Shown: positions 42,796 to 55,874 of the stretch, in pieces
Numbering within the stretch: position 1 is the stretch's first letter
Layout of the letters: the number at the start of each line of letters is the position of its first letter
Assembly: GCA_973895155.1 (NCBI GenBank)
Contig: OZ316893.1
Span: forward strand, 22,727,844 to 22,791,843
DNA from: Marsupella aquatica
Taxonomy: Eukaryota; Plantae; Marchantiophyta
Direction: 5' to 3'
Length of the DNA stretch: 64,000 nt
The notes under the pieces: generated by a model
The model's input: the letters and a program-made list of their open reading frames with translations, nothing else
Database searches by the model: none
What the model was told of the DNA's origin: nothing
Made by a program: the position numbers and the translations under genes

Positions 42796-44433
42796 TGAAG
42801 ATCGCTCCACAGCGGTGAGCAGTTTTTGATGATAACTCAACATCATATAACCATCAATTAAGCAAAAGGTTGCAATTAACGAAACACAAGGAAAAATCTC
42901 TTAGAGTATGCTAAGGGAGTCTGGAATAGACCAAGGTTACTCCTTAGACATAAGTAATAATGGAATAACTTTAAGGGAATCCAAATCCACACGGCTTTTC
43001 AGATCTAAACTGCATACTAGAGTATCCTTTTAAAATGCCGGCAACATGTCTTGACCTTTCTTCCTAAGTGATACTTAGTCAAGATCTAAAAGGATAAATA
43101 CTTCAGCATTTAGATGGTACTAAGCAACATGAAGGTGAAAACATCATTTCCAATGCAACTTAAACTCAATGAGTTAACTCTAAGAACTTGTGAGATTACA
43201 ATGTGTCACCAAAGCGGAATCTGACATTATAATTCACGAGATTCATAACTGAGGTTTTACTTCAAGTATTTGGGTTCCAAAATACAAGAAGGAGGTAAGT
43301 CTCTCCAAATGTTAAACCTGATCTCGAACTCATAGATTCATGATCAACTAGTTTAACACAAGGGAGAGGCAAAACTGCAAAACTTAACCATCCACTACAC
43401 TAGTGGTAGAAGGGTCTTATAGTAAAAATCTACTGAGTGAGAGGTCACAGGGTCGAAAAGACATGCCTCTTCATACCCCTCAAAATTAAAAAAATGGCGA
43501 TTCAGTAAGTGAAAAGCCGGAAAAATGGCTAAGTATGAACTCGTAACTAGTAACTATTAACTCGTAATTGTCTGTCTATCGTAACTCGTAATCGGAAACT
43601 TAGTAACTCTTAACTAGTAAAAATCTAACTAAGTCGTAACTCGTAATTTCAACATAAGTAAAAACTTGGTAAATTCAACTATTTTTAACTGCCTACTCGT
43701 AGCTCAGAAAAGCCTCAAATTTTGCCAGTAGGCTTTCCTAAGTGCAGACTATACACTGAAAAGGTTTCATGATTTTTAAAGCTCTAGAGCACATTTATAA
43801 AAATCAGATAAGATGCACTACTCTAAAAACTAACTAAGAACACTTAGAGACTTCTTCAAGCTTGCTGTCGGATGTCGTCGGGTTCCAGCAACTCCACAAG
43901 GGTAACAATTCGGTTCTGAGTAACCTCTATCAGTTCAGCTTGGCGTGGGGATCCTCTTGAGTAAGGTAGGCACCTCAGTTGTCTCTCAGGATACATCAAG
44001 GGCATCCTTTTCATTAAATAACATGAATCTATACGAAGAGCTTCTCTGTAGATCCCGAGCACATCATAGTTGTTGCAAGTAGCAGCGTACACTTGAGGAT
44101 AATGAAACAGGAACTCATCACTACTCATCATCCTGGAATAGAAGGGTCGAAGTCTCCATTTGACATCTCTGAAATACCGGTTGAAGCTGGGCAGAGTTTG
44201 AGAGGTAAGGTGGAAGAGAAGTCAGTAATGAGCGCCTATGTCTTGCATTCCTTCCCTTTCAAGGTGAGCTCTTCATCCGTTGTGGAGTCCCGTTGAACTA
44301 GTTGTAAGATGTCACGATCACAGAGTCGCCAAATCTTAAGGTGTAACTCGTAAAGCAGTGAACTAGTAAACTCGTAAACTGAGTTTACTCGTAACTTAGG
44401 AACTTAGTAACTTTGAATGCTATTTTAGTTACA
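42796..44433 (-). mobile_element. Possible solo LTR nested in the Kolobok-like element
   Basis: The minus strand runs TGTAAC...GATCTTCA, with internal GTAACTCGTAA repeats and no ORF. No matching TSD was found. Confidence 0.35.
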
Positions 44434-45286
44434 GTTAGCAATAATTGCAGTCTAAACACCGTAAAAAATTTAAAAATTTTCAGTTTCTTCATGCTTTTGG
44501 AATTACCCACTACTTACACTAGGTTTCTAAGTTGTGTTTTTTTCCTTTTTTTTCATCATTGTTGTGTCCTCCCTTGAGTTATGTTTTCATGGGTTCTTTG
44601 TTTTCACCGGTTTTGTCATGTTTGTTTCACATGTGCCTCCTTTCCTTTCCCAACCGCAAGTATAAATAACTTGGGAGTTTCTAAGCAAACACGATGTTGG
44701 TGTATGCCTCTAGTGCTCTTAGGCTGTGTAACTATGTTTTCATCTATGTTTACTTATTCTTCCAGGTTTCTTTGTTCAACTATATTATTTCATTTTCTTT
44801 GTTTGGCATGTGCCTCCTTCTTTCTCCCAATTGCATTGCAAAATCCTTGGGAAATGCGAAGCAAACACCATCCTGGTTATTTGGTTTCTGAAAGTTTTTG
44901 ATTTCAATGTATCTATATTTGTTTATTCCTAGTATTTTCATTGTCTGGGTTATTTGTGATAGTTGTTTTTTTGTGTTTGTTTGGCTTGTGCCTCCTTCCC
45001 GGGCCTCCTTTGGGTTGGAACTCCTACTGGATGGCAGCACGAGGGGTTCAATTCCCCTTTGGAGTATTGTGAAATTATGAAAAAAAATTTCAAAGTTGAT
45101 GTATTTCCAAAGTTGATATACAGCGACATACTCACAACTGTCATTGAGGGTGCTAAGCGCCCTAATATAACTTTCACATCCTACAAATATATATTCAATT
45201 ACAAAAACAAAAGTAAATGGCAAGGTGATATATGGGAGTGAAAACATGACAAATGAATATAGTAAAACCTACAACTTACATATATA

Positions 45287-48200
45287 CTAAATGTCAAATG
45301 CACGACAAGGGTGGAAGTTTCCTGCCAAAATAAATGTACTAACCAAGTATCGCATATCATAGTCTACACCTCTTCCAAATATGGTACAGCCCACGTCTTT
45401 CTTCCACCTGATGCTTCTAGGAACAAGGTCACGAACCCCCCGACGAACCCTTGATGTACGCTGACGGGTAGGCGACTCATACCACCTCTCGACCAATGTT
45501 TTCATTCCAGCACATTGCAGCACATGCCATGCGGGCCTCATGAGTCATGGAAAAATGAATCCTCTTCATAGCATATTTGTTGATGTTTCCATGAAATGTT
45601 TCACTGAAAAAGTTTGCTCGGGCTCTAGTATAGAAGCGAACATTGATTGCAGTGACGTTCTTCTGCAACCATTGCTTCAAAGCTCTATGAGTAGCACCCC
45701 CTGAAAAATCCACAAGATTCCATATACTTGCAAATATTAGAAATCCCAACAGATTAGGTAACAATCCAAACACCTTATTTATCTCATAAGTACATAACCA
45801 AATTTAATAATCAATACACTTTACCTGCCGCATAGTATGGCATATAAGTTGCACCTTCCTCACAACACTTGCGAGGAAGAAAGCTTTTGCAAGGTTCATG
45901 GTTGCCAGCCCAATGATCAGCTGCTGTGATGATCTCCCTAGCCAACATGGTAGCATCATCATTTCCCCTGCTAGTAAGTAGTCATTACAATATAATTTAA
46001 GAGTTAGCTTAGTTAAAATGATGAACAAATTCATTGCTCAAGCTAATTTCAATGAAATTAAATATCGTAGTTTCCATCATACCTTTCTTTCGCATTGCAG
46101 CAACAATAGTAGAACCAACTCTTCAACTTATCACCAAGTTGTTTCTCTGTCAGTTCTGGATACTTCAACTGCCTCCTGGTGCGCAATGTGATGTCCTCCT
46201 CTGGAAGCCCTCTATGTCTTCCTATGCGGTGCACCAACTCTGTCTTATTGCCTGTATGCCTCAAATTTTGGTTCTTGCACCAACTTGACAACACTTGAAC
46301 AGTGAATCTGCCCAATTCTTGCAAGGATATTGCAGCATCAATCCCACCAGCAGGTGCTGTTTCTTTCACATTTGCTAGCTCTTTGTTAAACTGCTTCAAA
46401 AGATTCTTACATTTGTGCCATAGATCCTTTTGGTTATCAACATTGAGCTCACGAAGAATAGCATCAACTGTGTTGTTATCATCGTGAACAACCTCACTAA
46501 TTGTAACACCAACATCCTGAAGATGTTGTAGAGCACGACGAACACCAATTGCTTCAATAGCGCCTGAATTCCCAGCCTCAACTCGGTCAATGGTTACAAG
46601 CTCCACTACCTTACTAGTTACCACGTCTATCATAGGAACAGTGCCATGATATCCAGAACGTGATGAGTCCCAACGACAATCCACATATAAAATCATTGGA
46701 GTGGAACCTACAATTATCATAAATCCACAAAATAATATTTAGAAACTAACATGTATGTGCATGCTCTAACAACCTAGTATGTAGTAAATTCATAAATTCA
46801 TGAAGCAATCTTGCTAACTAGCAAATGCTTCACTACAAAGAAGAGTGACATACCATCTCTTTCGGCTAGGCTTCGTTGCAACCTTTGTTTCTTATCATTC
46901 CAGACTTGCAGTACTGGTGCAATCCATCCAATGTCTCTTCGGGCTCCATTTTGAAATCGAAACCAATGGGTGTTTCTTGGAACATGGATTTGAATGTGAG
47001 AGAATAGTTCACATATAATGTTGTGTGTTAGACCAGCAGAGAGAGCAGAATGGTAAATTAGTCCAGTAATTGCGGGTACGCCTGTAAATCATCAAGAGAA
47101 AACAAGATCTTATAAAAATATTAAAAAATAACACACAATATTAAATCAATCCAATATTTGCAAAATTTTAAAAATAGTGTAAATGTTAGCAATTTACATA
47201 CCTCTATGAAGTTCATTCTCTCCAGTCATGAAAGATTGTGTATGCCCTGTTGGGCACTTCAACTTCAATATCCACAACTGATGATGGGTCACAATGTCCT
47301 CAACCGAATACTTACCAACGCAACCTTCAACACGACAATCCACACAAAATTCCTGGAAAAATTCGTGGACCTTGCTTTTTTGCCAAAAAGCATACTCCAC
47401 TACACTCTCAGGGTCTGACTCGTTTGTATTTTCTTGAGATGATGGCTCATACTCAAAATCCAAACGAGAGTCAACTTGTACTTGCTCGGAAGAAGTAGAT
47501 GCCTAGAAAAGCACACAATAATCAGTAAACTATGTAAAGATGCAATAAATAGAAAACATATAATTAAAACTATGAATTGATGCCAATATATGAAAGTGAA
47601 GGGCAACATTGTGAAAAAATACAATACCTGAGTGTGATTCTCTTCAAAACCAGAATCCATGAAAACCATATTGTCTAATCCAAATGTAGTTGGATCAGCC
47701 ACTTCCAACAAAGGAATGGCTCCATCCTCCCCGCCATCCTCATTTGACATCTGTTAAGAGTTTAGGTTGCATAATTATTGTTTCCTAGTTGAAGGTACTA
47801 AGGTTTACATAAAATGAATGCATTTTGTTTATGTAAAGTAAAGTTCATCATTTGCATGACTTGTAACACAAAGCAAAAGGATTAGAAACCCTAAACAAAG
47901 TTACCTGGGAGTTGGACATCATAGAACCATTTTCCACGTCTATGTTGGAATCTCTAATGTGGTCTGCATCCTCCTCTCCAGACTCCATGTGGTCAAATAC
48001 ACCAGTGTCCAAGTTTGAATCATCTTCCTCTTCGTCTGAAGGTGATGCCTCATTAGGAATGGACTCATCACCGTTTGAAACGGATAACAATGCACCAAAG
48101 GATGGCTGCAAGAAAAAAATAAAAACATGTGTCAACAACAATACTAAATCAGGATGTACCAAAGACAAGACCTCTACATTTCGGAAAACCCCAATTTTCT

Positions 48201-48982
48201 TTTTCTTTTTTAAAAGATGCTAGAAGAGGTTTACTTGAATGAAAACCTAGAAAAACAAGGATTAGTGAAAGAAAGCAATCTTGAAAGTATAATGGAAAAT
48301 GATATGGAAAGTACCTCGGCGATGATCCCAAATGTTCTCAAGTCCTCTTCATTAGCAAGGTGTTCATTATTTATCCATCCAAAATCATTAGGACCCTCAA
48401 GTGCTGTTACTTCCTCTTCATCCTGTCTATGATGAGCGCTAATAGCAGCAGAGATTTGCATGGACATACCATCCATCAGCCAAGCCACCACCTTCCCATG
48501 GGACATTTTGAGGGCACCTTGTAAGTCATGGTATGTACGTATATGACTTCCAGGAAGCCTAAGTGCAACATTGCCCCCAACTCGGTGATAATCAATCCTA
48601 TGTGGTTGACGGACCATTTCTCTTGCTACTCTGGCAAGCAAAACAAGACAACAACAACATTTTGCAAATTAGAAGTCCTTATATTATTTGTCTAGTACCA
48701 TGCTCACAAGAATGCACTTATGGAAAAAGGTGCAAGAGTTTAGTTAGTAGGTTCATACCTTCCCTTGCAACAAATGCAAATGCCTTGTATTTGACCCAAG
48801 TGAGTGCCTTGCTATATGGCAAGTCCCAAAACAATTGCCTTGCCAGACGGAAAGTCACCAACAAAAAGTGGTCGGTCTCCCTCACCACTGCATTTCACCC
48901 ACACTAGTGTTCTAAAGACACTTTTGTGAGACTATCACCTTCTAGGAAGAGTCGAGGCTACTTTCCTTTCCATGCCCATCAT
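45287..48982 (-). pseudogene. Spliced Kolobok-type DDE transposase with SAP-like insertion; slightly degenerate
   Basis: Phase-compatible GT-AG exons: about 48982-48759, 48630-48315, 48105-47905, 47750-47628, 47502-47202, 47081-46854, 46707-46083, 45967-45825 and 45700-45477 (C-terminus probably frameshifted to 45287). Motifs: FCVDC...C.TGH, VDCRWDSSRSGYHGT (D1), VVHDD (D2), KDLWH (DxxH), DHWAGNH..C, SETFH...KYAMKRIHF...AR...WNEN (E). Exon 1 has in-frame stops. Confidence 0.85.
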
Positions 48983-49444
48983 CGTTCTCAGTTGTGACAT
49001 CAATGACATATCTTGTCACTACCGTGTAAACCGTGCCATCTCGCCCCGACCCTGTACGTTATGTGTAAACCTAGAAATGCACGATAGACCTAGCCGACTC
49101 CCGTTTAGTGTAAACCATGTTGACCCTACTGAGTCATTATGTGTAAAACGATCATTGCACTTGTGACTTCCCTGCTCATCTACGACTAAGTTGAAGTGCA
49201 TGGCCAAGGAAGGAGAAGCATCTCCGACTTGCGATCTTCACAAACATTGTGGAAATGGTAACAAGATGGATAGAGAAGGTTACGAATGTTTGGTTCAGTG
49301 AAGCCGATTGTTTTCCCCTATCCCAGAGGTAGGATGTGCAGAGGTAGGATGTTGAGTATGAATCAAAGATTCAGCCGGCTATTGTGCTCACTAACATCAT
49401 GTGGTTTGAGATGAATGTTCAAAATTAATGAAGGACAATGTCGC

Positions 49445-49550
49445 AGCCCTCCTAAGCTGTCATATCTTCTGCTTAGCAGATATGTAAATCAAGCGCAAGC
49501 CTCCTAAACTGTCATATCTTCTGCTTAGCAGATACGTAAATCAAGCGCAA
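49445..49550. repeat. Tandem duplication of about 54 bp
   Basis: CCTCCTAARCTGTCATATCTTCTGCTTAGCAGATAYGTAAATCAAGCGCAA occurs twice. Confidence 0.85.
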
Positions 49551-50314
49551 TCTGGCAGTAGAGACTGGAGAGTGTGACAGCTCGCCTGTGCAATCGCAGC
49601 TTATATTAGACCAAGCCATAAAATCGCTGCAATTGTGCTTTGCTTGTCGCCTTTTGCCATTTATGTCTCGAAAGATACAGAAGCGCATGGAGCCCTGGAA
49701 GGAGGTCCAAGCATTGGGTTCTAGCATTCACATTCTCAGGTGGCGATTAGATGGATGTTCACTATCCAAGTGACTAGTAAGCTTTAGCGATGGCGGGCGG
49801 TAGCAATGGTGCATAGATTGATTGATTGTGCAAGTTCATGGCACTTGATTTTTACAACTGCGCGCTATCTGTACAAGAGAACGAACCAGTGAACACTGTC
49901 TCTCCCAACCTTCGTCTCTCTCTTTCTCCAAAGTAAAGCGAGAAATTATTGACTGCAACTTTTTTCCCCTCATGAAAGTGTTTTTTTCTTCTCATGTCAA
50001 TTTTGGGGAGAGATCTCCGGATCAAGGTGTGAGCATCTTGCGTTGGTGCCTCGTGATCTAGTGACGAGCGATGCGGGATGATGAATGTACTACGGAGCAG
50101 AGATCCCACAAATCCCATGTCGTGCACCTCCGGAGGTCATCTTTGTCGGAAGTAAGTTCTCTCCCATATATCATCCTACCTCAATCATTTTGATTGCCAA
50201 TACCGCCAACTCTTGTGGAGTAATTTAAGGTTTCACTCAATTGTGACAGAAACATTGGATCGACGACGGGGGCTGCAGTTGCATTGAGCCGTTTTTCTGT
50301 GCATTGTGGAGGAG

Positions 50315-51215
50315 ATGGAGGGTGGACAGTTTGTGAGACAGCTACCCGAGCATATCATAGAAATCATTATAGCGATGATGCCTTTCCCTTCAATTTTCAA
50401 GGCTAAGATGTTATCAAAAGCATGGTTGACCAGATTCTCTCCTACGGAATTTTGTGAAGGTGGGCGCAAGGAGACACCGGGCGACGGAGAGTTCCAGAAA
50501 CTGGTTTGCGAGAGGGCCAAGACTTGGGAGATCTTGGGCCCGGTTTGTTCTCGCGACGATCATGACGAGTGCCATGTTCTGGGTGCAAATCTTCGATTCC
50601 GTGTCGTGTTTTTGGAGACAAATGGGTCTTGTTCTTGGAGACACCTGGGTCTTAGTAACGCTGTTTATTTCAATGTCGCTCTGTAAATGATGGCCTGCAT
50701 GTCCCCTATGTTTTTGATTGCGTTCGACATGGAGGAAGAGAATTGGACAGAACTGAGTTTAGGAGAGCTCATTTTTGGTCGCTCGAGTTTGGATAATTGT
50801 GGAGAGCTTTAGGCAACACTCCACAGGCAGAGTTCATCCTTCATCTTCCGGTTATACTGCTATTGGCATAACATTTTGCTCTTGTTCATATATTTATTAC
50901 TGTGAATCAAAACGGGGAGACTTGAGTTCGCTTTTCCAGGTATCTGTACACATGCTCGATCGCAGCAGAGCAGGGAGACAAAAAAACAATGTAACCTTTT
51001 CGCCTTCGTGCTATTGAGAATGTAATTTGCTGGACAAATTTGTGGTCGATGTCATAACAAGTGTAAACCTGAACATAACAGTAACAATTGCTGGCTATAT
51101 GGCTATAAACACTTCTGCGATCGAGCTCTGTTCTGGGACAATTTGAACAAGCGATGGACAATGTCCCATCCCTCCCCCTCTCCTGGGCTAGGTAACTGCC
51201 CCCGCTCACAGTTAT
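50315..51215 (+). pseudogene. F-box protein fragment
   Basis: QLPEHIIEIIIAMMPFPSIFKAKMLSKAW is an F-box motif. Broken downstream frames give LIAFDMEEENWTEL and LFWDNLNKRW. Stops and frameshifts are present. Confidence 0.7.
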
Positions 51216-51380
51216 ATATACATTGCTGCAATATCGAGAGGACGAGGTAAGTATTCGATTGAGGGGACGCAGAAATGAAATCAGCCCAAGAGCAGAAGAT
51301 CTAATCAGGGGAGAACGAAAGTTACTTCGTTTCCGCTGCATACTGAGGCCATAAAGTTCTTTGAACATGAAGAGAGTATG

Positions 51381-51540
51381 CACACTCACGAGCCTCAATG
51401 TCGTTCTCCTATGTTATTTCAGGCCCAGCACACTCACGAGCCTCAATGTCGTTCTCCTGTGTTATTTCAAGCCCAGCACACTCACGAATCTCCATGGCTA
51501 TGGCAACATGTTTTCTAGCCCACCACACTCACGAACCATG
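51381..51540. repeat. Subterminal tandem repeat, about 48-bp units
   Basis: CACACTCACGA-led units occur four times; the first two are nearly identical. Confidence 0.85.
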
Positions 51541-53207
51541 GCTTCGGCATTCACGCGAACAGAAAGACTCGGAGAAGTCCCAAAGCACTATTTGGACCAC
51601 TGACCCAGCTACTATTGCGGAGCCTGGCTGGGACTAACGGGTTCTGGCAGGGACGTACAGTAGAGCCTTGGCTGGGCAGGTCTGGAAGAATGAGCTGACC
51701 GGCTCTTGGCAGTAGCGATATTTATACGGACAGTGGCGGTTTAAACAAAAACCATCTGACATAAATTTGTGAGTCGCTCCCTATATTAGGCAGGACCCTT
51801 CGATCTGGCAACTAACCCTCTTCTTTAGATTTGGTGAAGAGAAGGGAAGGAAAATCTCAGTTTGTTTTGTATTGTGTCCCAGTACAGATTCCAGGTAGAA
51901 TCTCTTTTTTCTTGTCTCTATCTATAGGCAAGGAGGTGGGTTTTGATTATGGCCCATGATGATTCCTTGGGATGGATAAAGGTGATGGCCCCCTCACATC
52001 AACTCAATTCTGGCAGGTTTTATGCTCAAGCGGTTACCTATGGGTTCTGTATCTAATTCTGGATCAAGCGCCACAGGAAGTTTGACAGCAGAAACACTCG
52101 TGGAACAAGAAAATCCATACAATAATAATTTTGTTCTTGCTGGGGGAAGGGGGGTTTGTTAAAATTTAATATATCTCACTGGCCATAATAAAATAATTTA
52201 CAGGAGAGCAAAGTAGGCAACGATGGGGTGATAGTACTAATATATCACACTGGGCTGCATAGAAAATAGAGCACACTGTCTAAGCAACGAGGGGATTGGT
52301 CAAATCACTGCTGGCATTAATAAAATACTGGAAAAACGTACTGTAAGTAAACAGGGATGGATAAGGTCAATGTATGAAATTAGCATTAATAAAATTAGTT
52401 TGGGGACCCCTACAGTAGACCCCCTTTTATGCTTGTGTGTAAACTAATAGATGTTCTCCTACAAAGATTGTTGTATTTCATTCTCATGCTGGCTCAAGCA
52501 CCACCCTTTGTCTCATCACGGATGTAAACCAAGTAGAACTCCTTCATACCTTATTAGACAGCCCTCGATGTCATCTGATGGCGATTCAAGCCAAACATTT
52601 CCATCAACCAGCAAGATGAGCTCACGATCAAGCTCATGAATTAGCTCGACGGGGAAGGTGCTTGGTCTAAACTGAATAGACTGTGTTATCATGTTTTTGT
52701 GTTGGTCCATTGTTGGCCGTTGAACAAGAGAATTATATTGATTTAAGATTAAGATGGCAAATGATCTATCATATATCTGAGTCAATCAACCAGATTGAAG
52801 GCTAGAGTTGGTCATCGTTGTCCCGGTTGTAAGTTGTCTATGAAGCAAATCAACTAAATGGAAATAAATTATTTGTTATAATTCAAAAAGTAAATAAAAC
52901 AGTTACAAACAGTTGCTTTTTTGCCTTCGTTCTTTGTCATTTGGTGAGTTAATTTTCAAAATTTTCAAGCTTTTGTTGTTCCCGTGTCTAGTGGTTTTCA
53001 CTGGCGTCGCAACAAACACAACTTGTCTTGTTTGTTTGTCACCAAAAACATATTCATTTGTGGCGGAAAGTGCTTATGTGGTGCAAGTAGGTGCCAAGCA
53101 TTTTGCAAGAAACTTCTCATGGGGACCCTAATAACTACAATATTCTAGACTGGAGCACTGGTCAATGCTTTGGTGCATTCGTCTGTCCTCAGCATATGTC
53201 TGGTCTT

Positions 53208-53481
53208 GTTTATGTTTATAAACTGAATTTCCAAGGGAAAAGAAAACTTGTATGCCCACAAAGGCCTGAAGATCACCTTCTTAGTATATAAAGCACACCA
53301 AAGAACAAAATGTTCCATACCAGGAGACCGAATCCCAAGGCTTATGTTTATAAACTGAATTTCCAAGGGAAATGAAAACTTTTATGCCCACAAAGGCCTG
53401 AAGATCACCTTCTTTGGCTTCTTAGTCATAAAACACACCAAAGAACAAAATGTTCCATACCTGGAGACCGAATTTCAAGGC
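53208..53481. repeat. Tandem duplication of about 135 bp
   Basis: TTATGTTTATAAACTGAATTTCCAAGGGAAA...GGAGACCGAAT..CAAGG occurs twice. Confidence 0.85.
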
Positions 53482-55874
53482 CAAAAACCCAATAATCTAG
53501 GAGAAACAGAAGAAAAGCAAAAGATACAAGCCCTGAGAATCCTGAACAATAAAAAAGAAATAAAGCCCTATGAGTAACAAACGGAAAGGCCTTACAAAGC
53601 TATGGGGTAAACCACATAATTAGGAAGGTCATGGTGAAGAATCTAACCACCTCATCCGTGGACCAACCAGGAGGCCATTTTTGTGCTGGGACCTCCTGGT
53701 TGGTTCGTTTTCCTTCACGAGAGAATAAGTAATAATAAAAGCACAATTAAAAGATATCAGGATAAAAATTCTGCCTCCAAGGTCAACATTGCATCTCTAT
53801 TAGAGTAATGGGATGCAGTTTCTACGGCGCATTCTACTCCTTTGTTCTGAATGGTCAGGTTTGGACTATCCATCTTCAAACCAGCTCATTTCTAACAGTT
53901 TCCCTGAGGGTTTCCGTGACCAAAATGTTGCAGCCCTGGTTGTGGACCAAAAATATGAGCTTCCCACAAAATGTGACCATCAGTAACTCGGGCGGTCAGC
54001 GCAACGCCATCAGCACCAAAATTTGCTTTGCACAATATGCTTCGGTGCGGAGGTCGGTGCCCTTCAAGAATTGTCAGCGCCCAGCTGACCCGCATGGGCA
54101 TGTTGAAACCTGTCTCAAACCTGAAACCCTGTGGAATACATCTCGGAATACATTGGCCCCAAACTTGGATTTTGGTCTAAGTAGATCGCAGACATATATT
54201 TCTTAGAATGGCTGACCGGGGAAACATGGGAGAGGGCAAGTTTGAGACGCCCTAATATTATGTCCTTCTTAAGAGCAGTTCTAGTTTGGAGATCTGGCCT
54301 GGCCATAGTGTCAAATTGGAGGAATTGTTAGTGGATGTGAAAAGTTCCCACATGATACTGAAGTGCAAACTCCGTGAAAGACTGTAGGTATCACATCTGT
54401 TTTAAAAACTAAATGTTTTCTATATTATTTTGATCAAAGTCTTAGACTGTGAAGTAAATAATACCAGAGAAATGTAGAAAACATTATTTTATTTATCTGA
54501 CTAGTAGTGATGGCTGAGACCTTAGAAGGATTCTTGTCCATATGAAAAAAATTACAACTTCTTCTGGTTTTGATTGGTTGAGGGAAGAGTCACGTAGAAT
54601 ATTTCACAGTTCATGGAGCAAAACTTAAGAGTCATGTATAAGTGAGGCACAAATTGTTCTTCCTCCTAACTTTGATGTGGCTTGACACTGCTCTGTGTAG
54701 TTCCTAGGGAGCTATTATTGGGACAGTTTTACTGGTGCCTAATGGTCCGCCCAAAAGCCGGCCCAAGATATCCTTGTTTACTATGAACAACTGAACGAAT
54801 AAAACGGTACATAGTTTTATATGAACAATAGAAAATAAATAACAATAATATGATGACTTACTGGAATTATGACTCTTGAGAACCAATGCATAGGAGAAAT
54901 ATTTAACGACAATTAATAATTACAGTAATTATGTCACTTATGACGCTTGAGAACCAATGCATACAAGCCTGACTTTGAACATAAATAAGATCAGGCAAAA
55001 AAAAGTTGCAATAGTATATATTCCTTCTTGTTAACCCTACAGGTTCCAATGTTTCCAATGACTTGTCACCAATCCCTTTCACTTGCACCCTCACTTTTAG
55101 TTATGCTCCAAGACTCAAGATCTAGACTTAGGCTTACCTCTAGACAACAGGCCTTGAGAGTAACTTGCACGCACTATTATATAGTTAGATATTTATGCCG
55201 GCAAGGCTTACTTTTGTCTCTGACCAAAGAAACATACACTTGAAGCTCCTTAACATGAGGACGATTGGTGGAGTATAGAGAAAATACTTAGCTGACTAGC
55301 CTTGACTACCCATTCTTTGAATGTGAATAGCGGAGAAGACAATAAAAATATCACCAAAGAGTATTCCCTATTCACAAACTTAAGGTTAATGAAATGATAA
55401 AAAATCATTATGCATGCCATCGTTTTAATAATCATACATAACATACCATACCCTTTCTATGCACATCCCTCTTTCTATGTACGTCTCTCTTTCTATGCAC
55501 ATATGTTATGGTGGGGCCATATTAGAGTTCATCTTTTGAATGTAATAAATAGAAATCATGACAAAAAGTTTGCATGATGATTATCATTTGATGTACATCA
55601 TAGCCATGAGTTTTCCTGTCCACATGGTGGGCCATGGAGTTAAGTGAGTTTTCACTCTATAAGCCTAAGTCCCAACTCTAGCTTGTAGTTGACACTTTAT
55701 AAATAAGATAGTAGTGTTGCTATCAGAATTTTAATCCCTAAAAGTTTTACTCATGAGTGAATTCTGACTTACACAAGACTCGATTTGGAAGTACAGTTTT
55801 ATATTGATTTATCATTTCAGCCTACTTTTAAGTGAATAGGCAAGAAAACATTCCACTAACCAGGTTTAAGACGG

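Larger units (their letters stand above)
39296..51740. mobile_element. Kolobok-like DNA transposon, 12,445 bp, with TTAA TSD, TIRs and host-gene cargo
   Basis: TTAA|ACCGCCACTGTCC (39292-39308) and GGACAGTGGCGGT|TTAA (51728-51744) are exact reverse complements. Subterminal inverted motif CCGGTCAGCTC..ACCTGCCC..CTCTACT at 39401 and 51702. Contains the transposase and KolX-like ORFs. Confidence 0.82.

Noticed and set aside
43400-43470. tRNA-like sequence (TAGTGGTAGA...GGGTCGAA)
   Set aside because: No cloverleaf could be formed.
39296-51740. piggyBac assignment based on the TTAA TSD
   Set aside because: The termini are not CCY and the transposase is a DDE enzyme with DxxH, not the piggyBac DDD type.
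52500-54310. Short ORFs suggesting a gene or transposase remnant
   Set aside because: No recognisable motifs or consistent exon chain.
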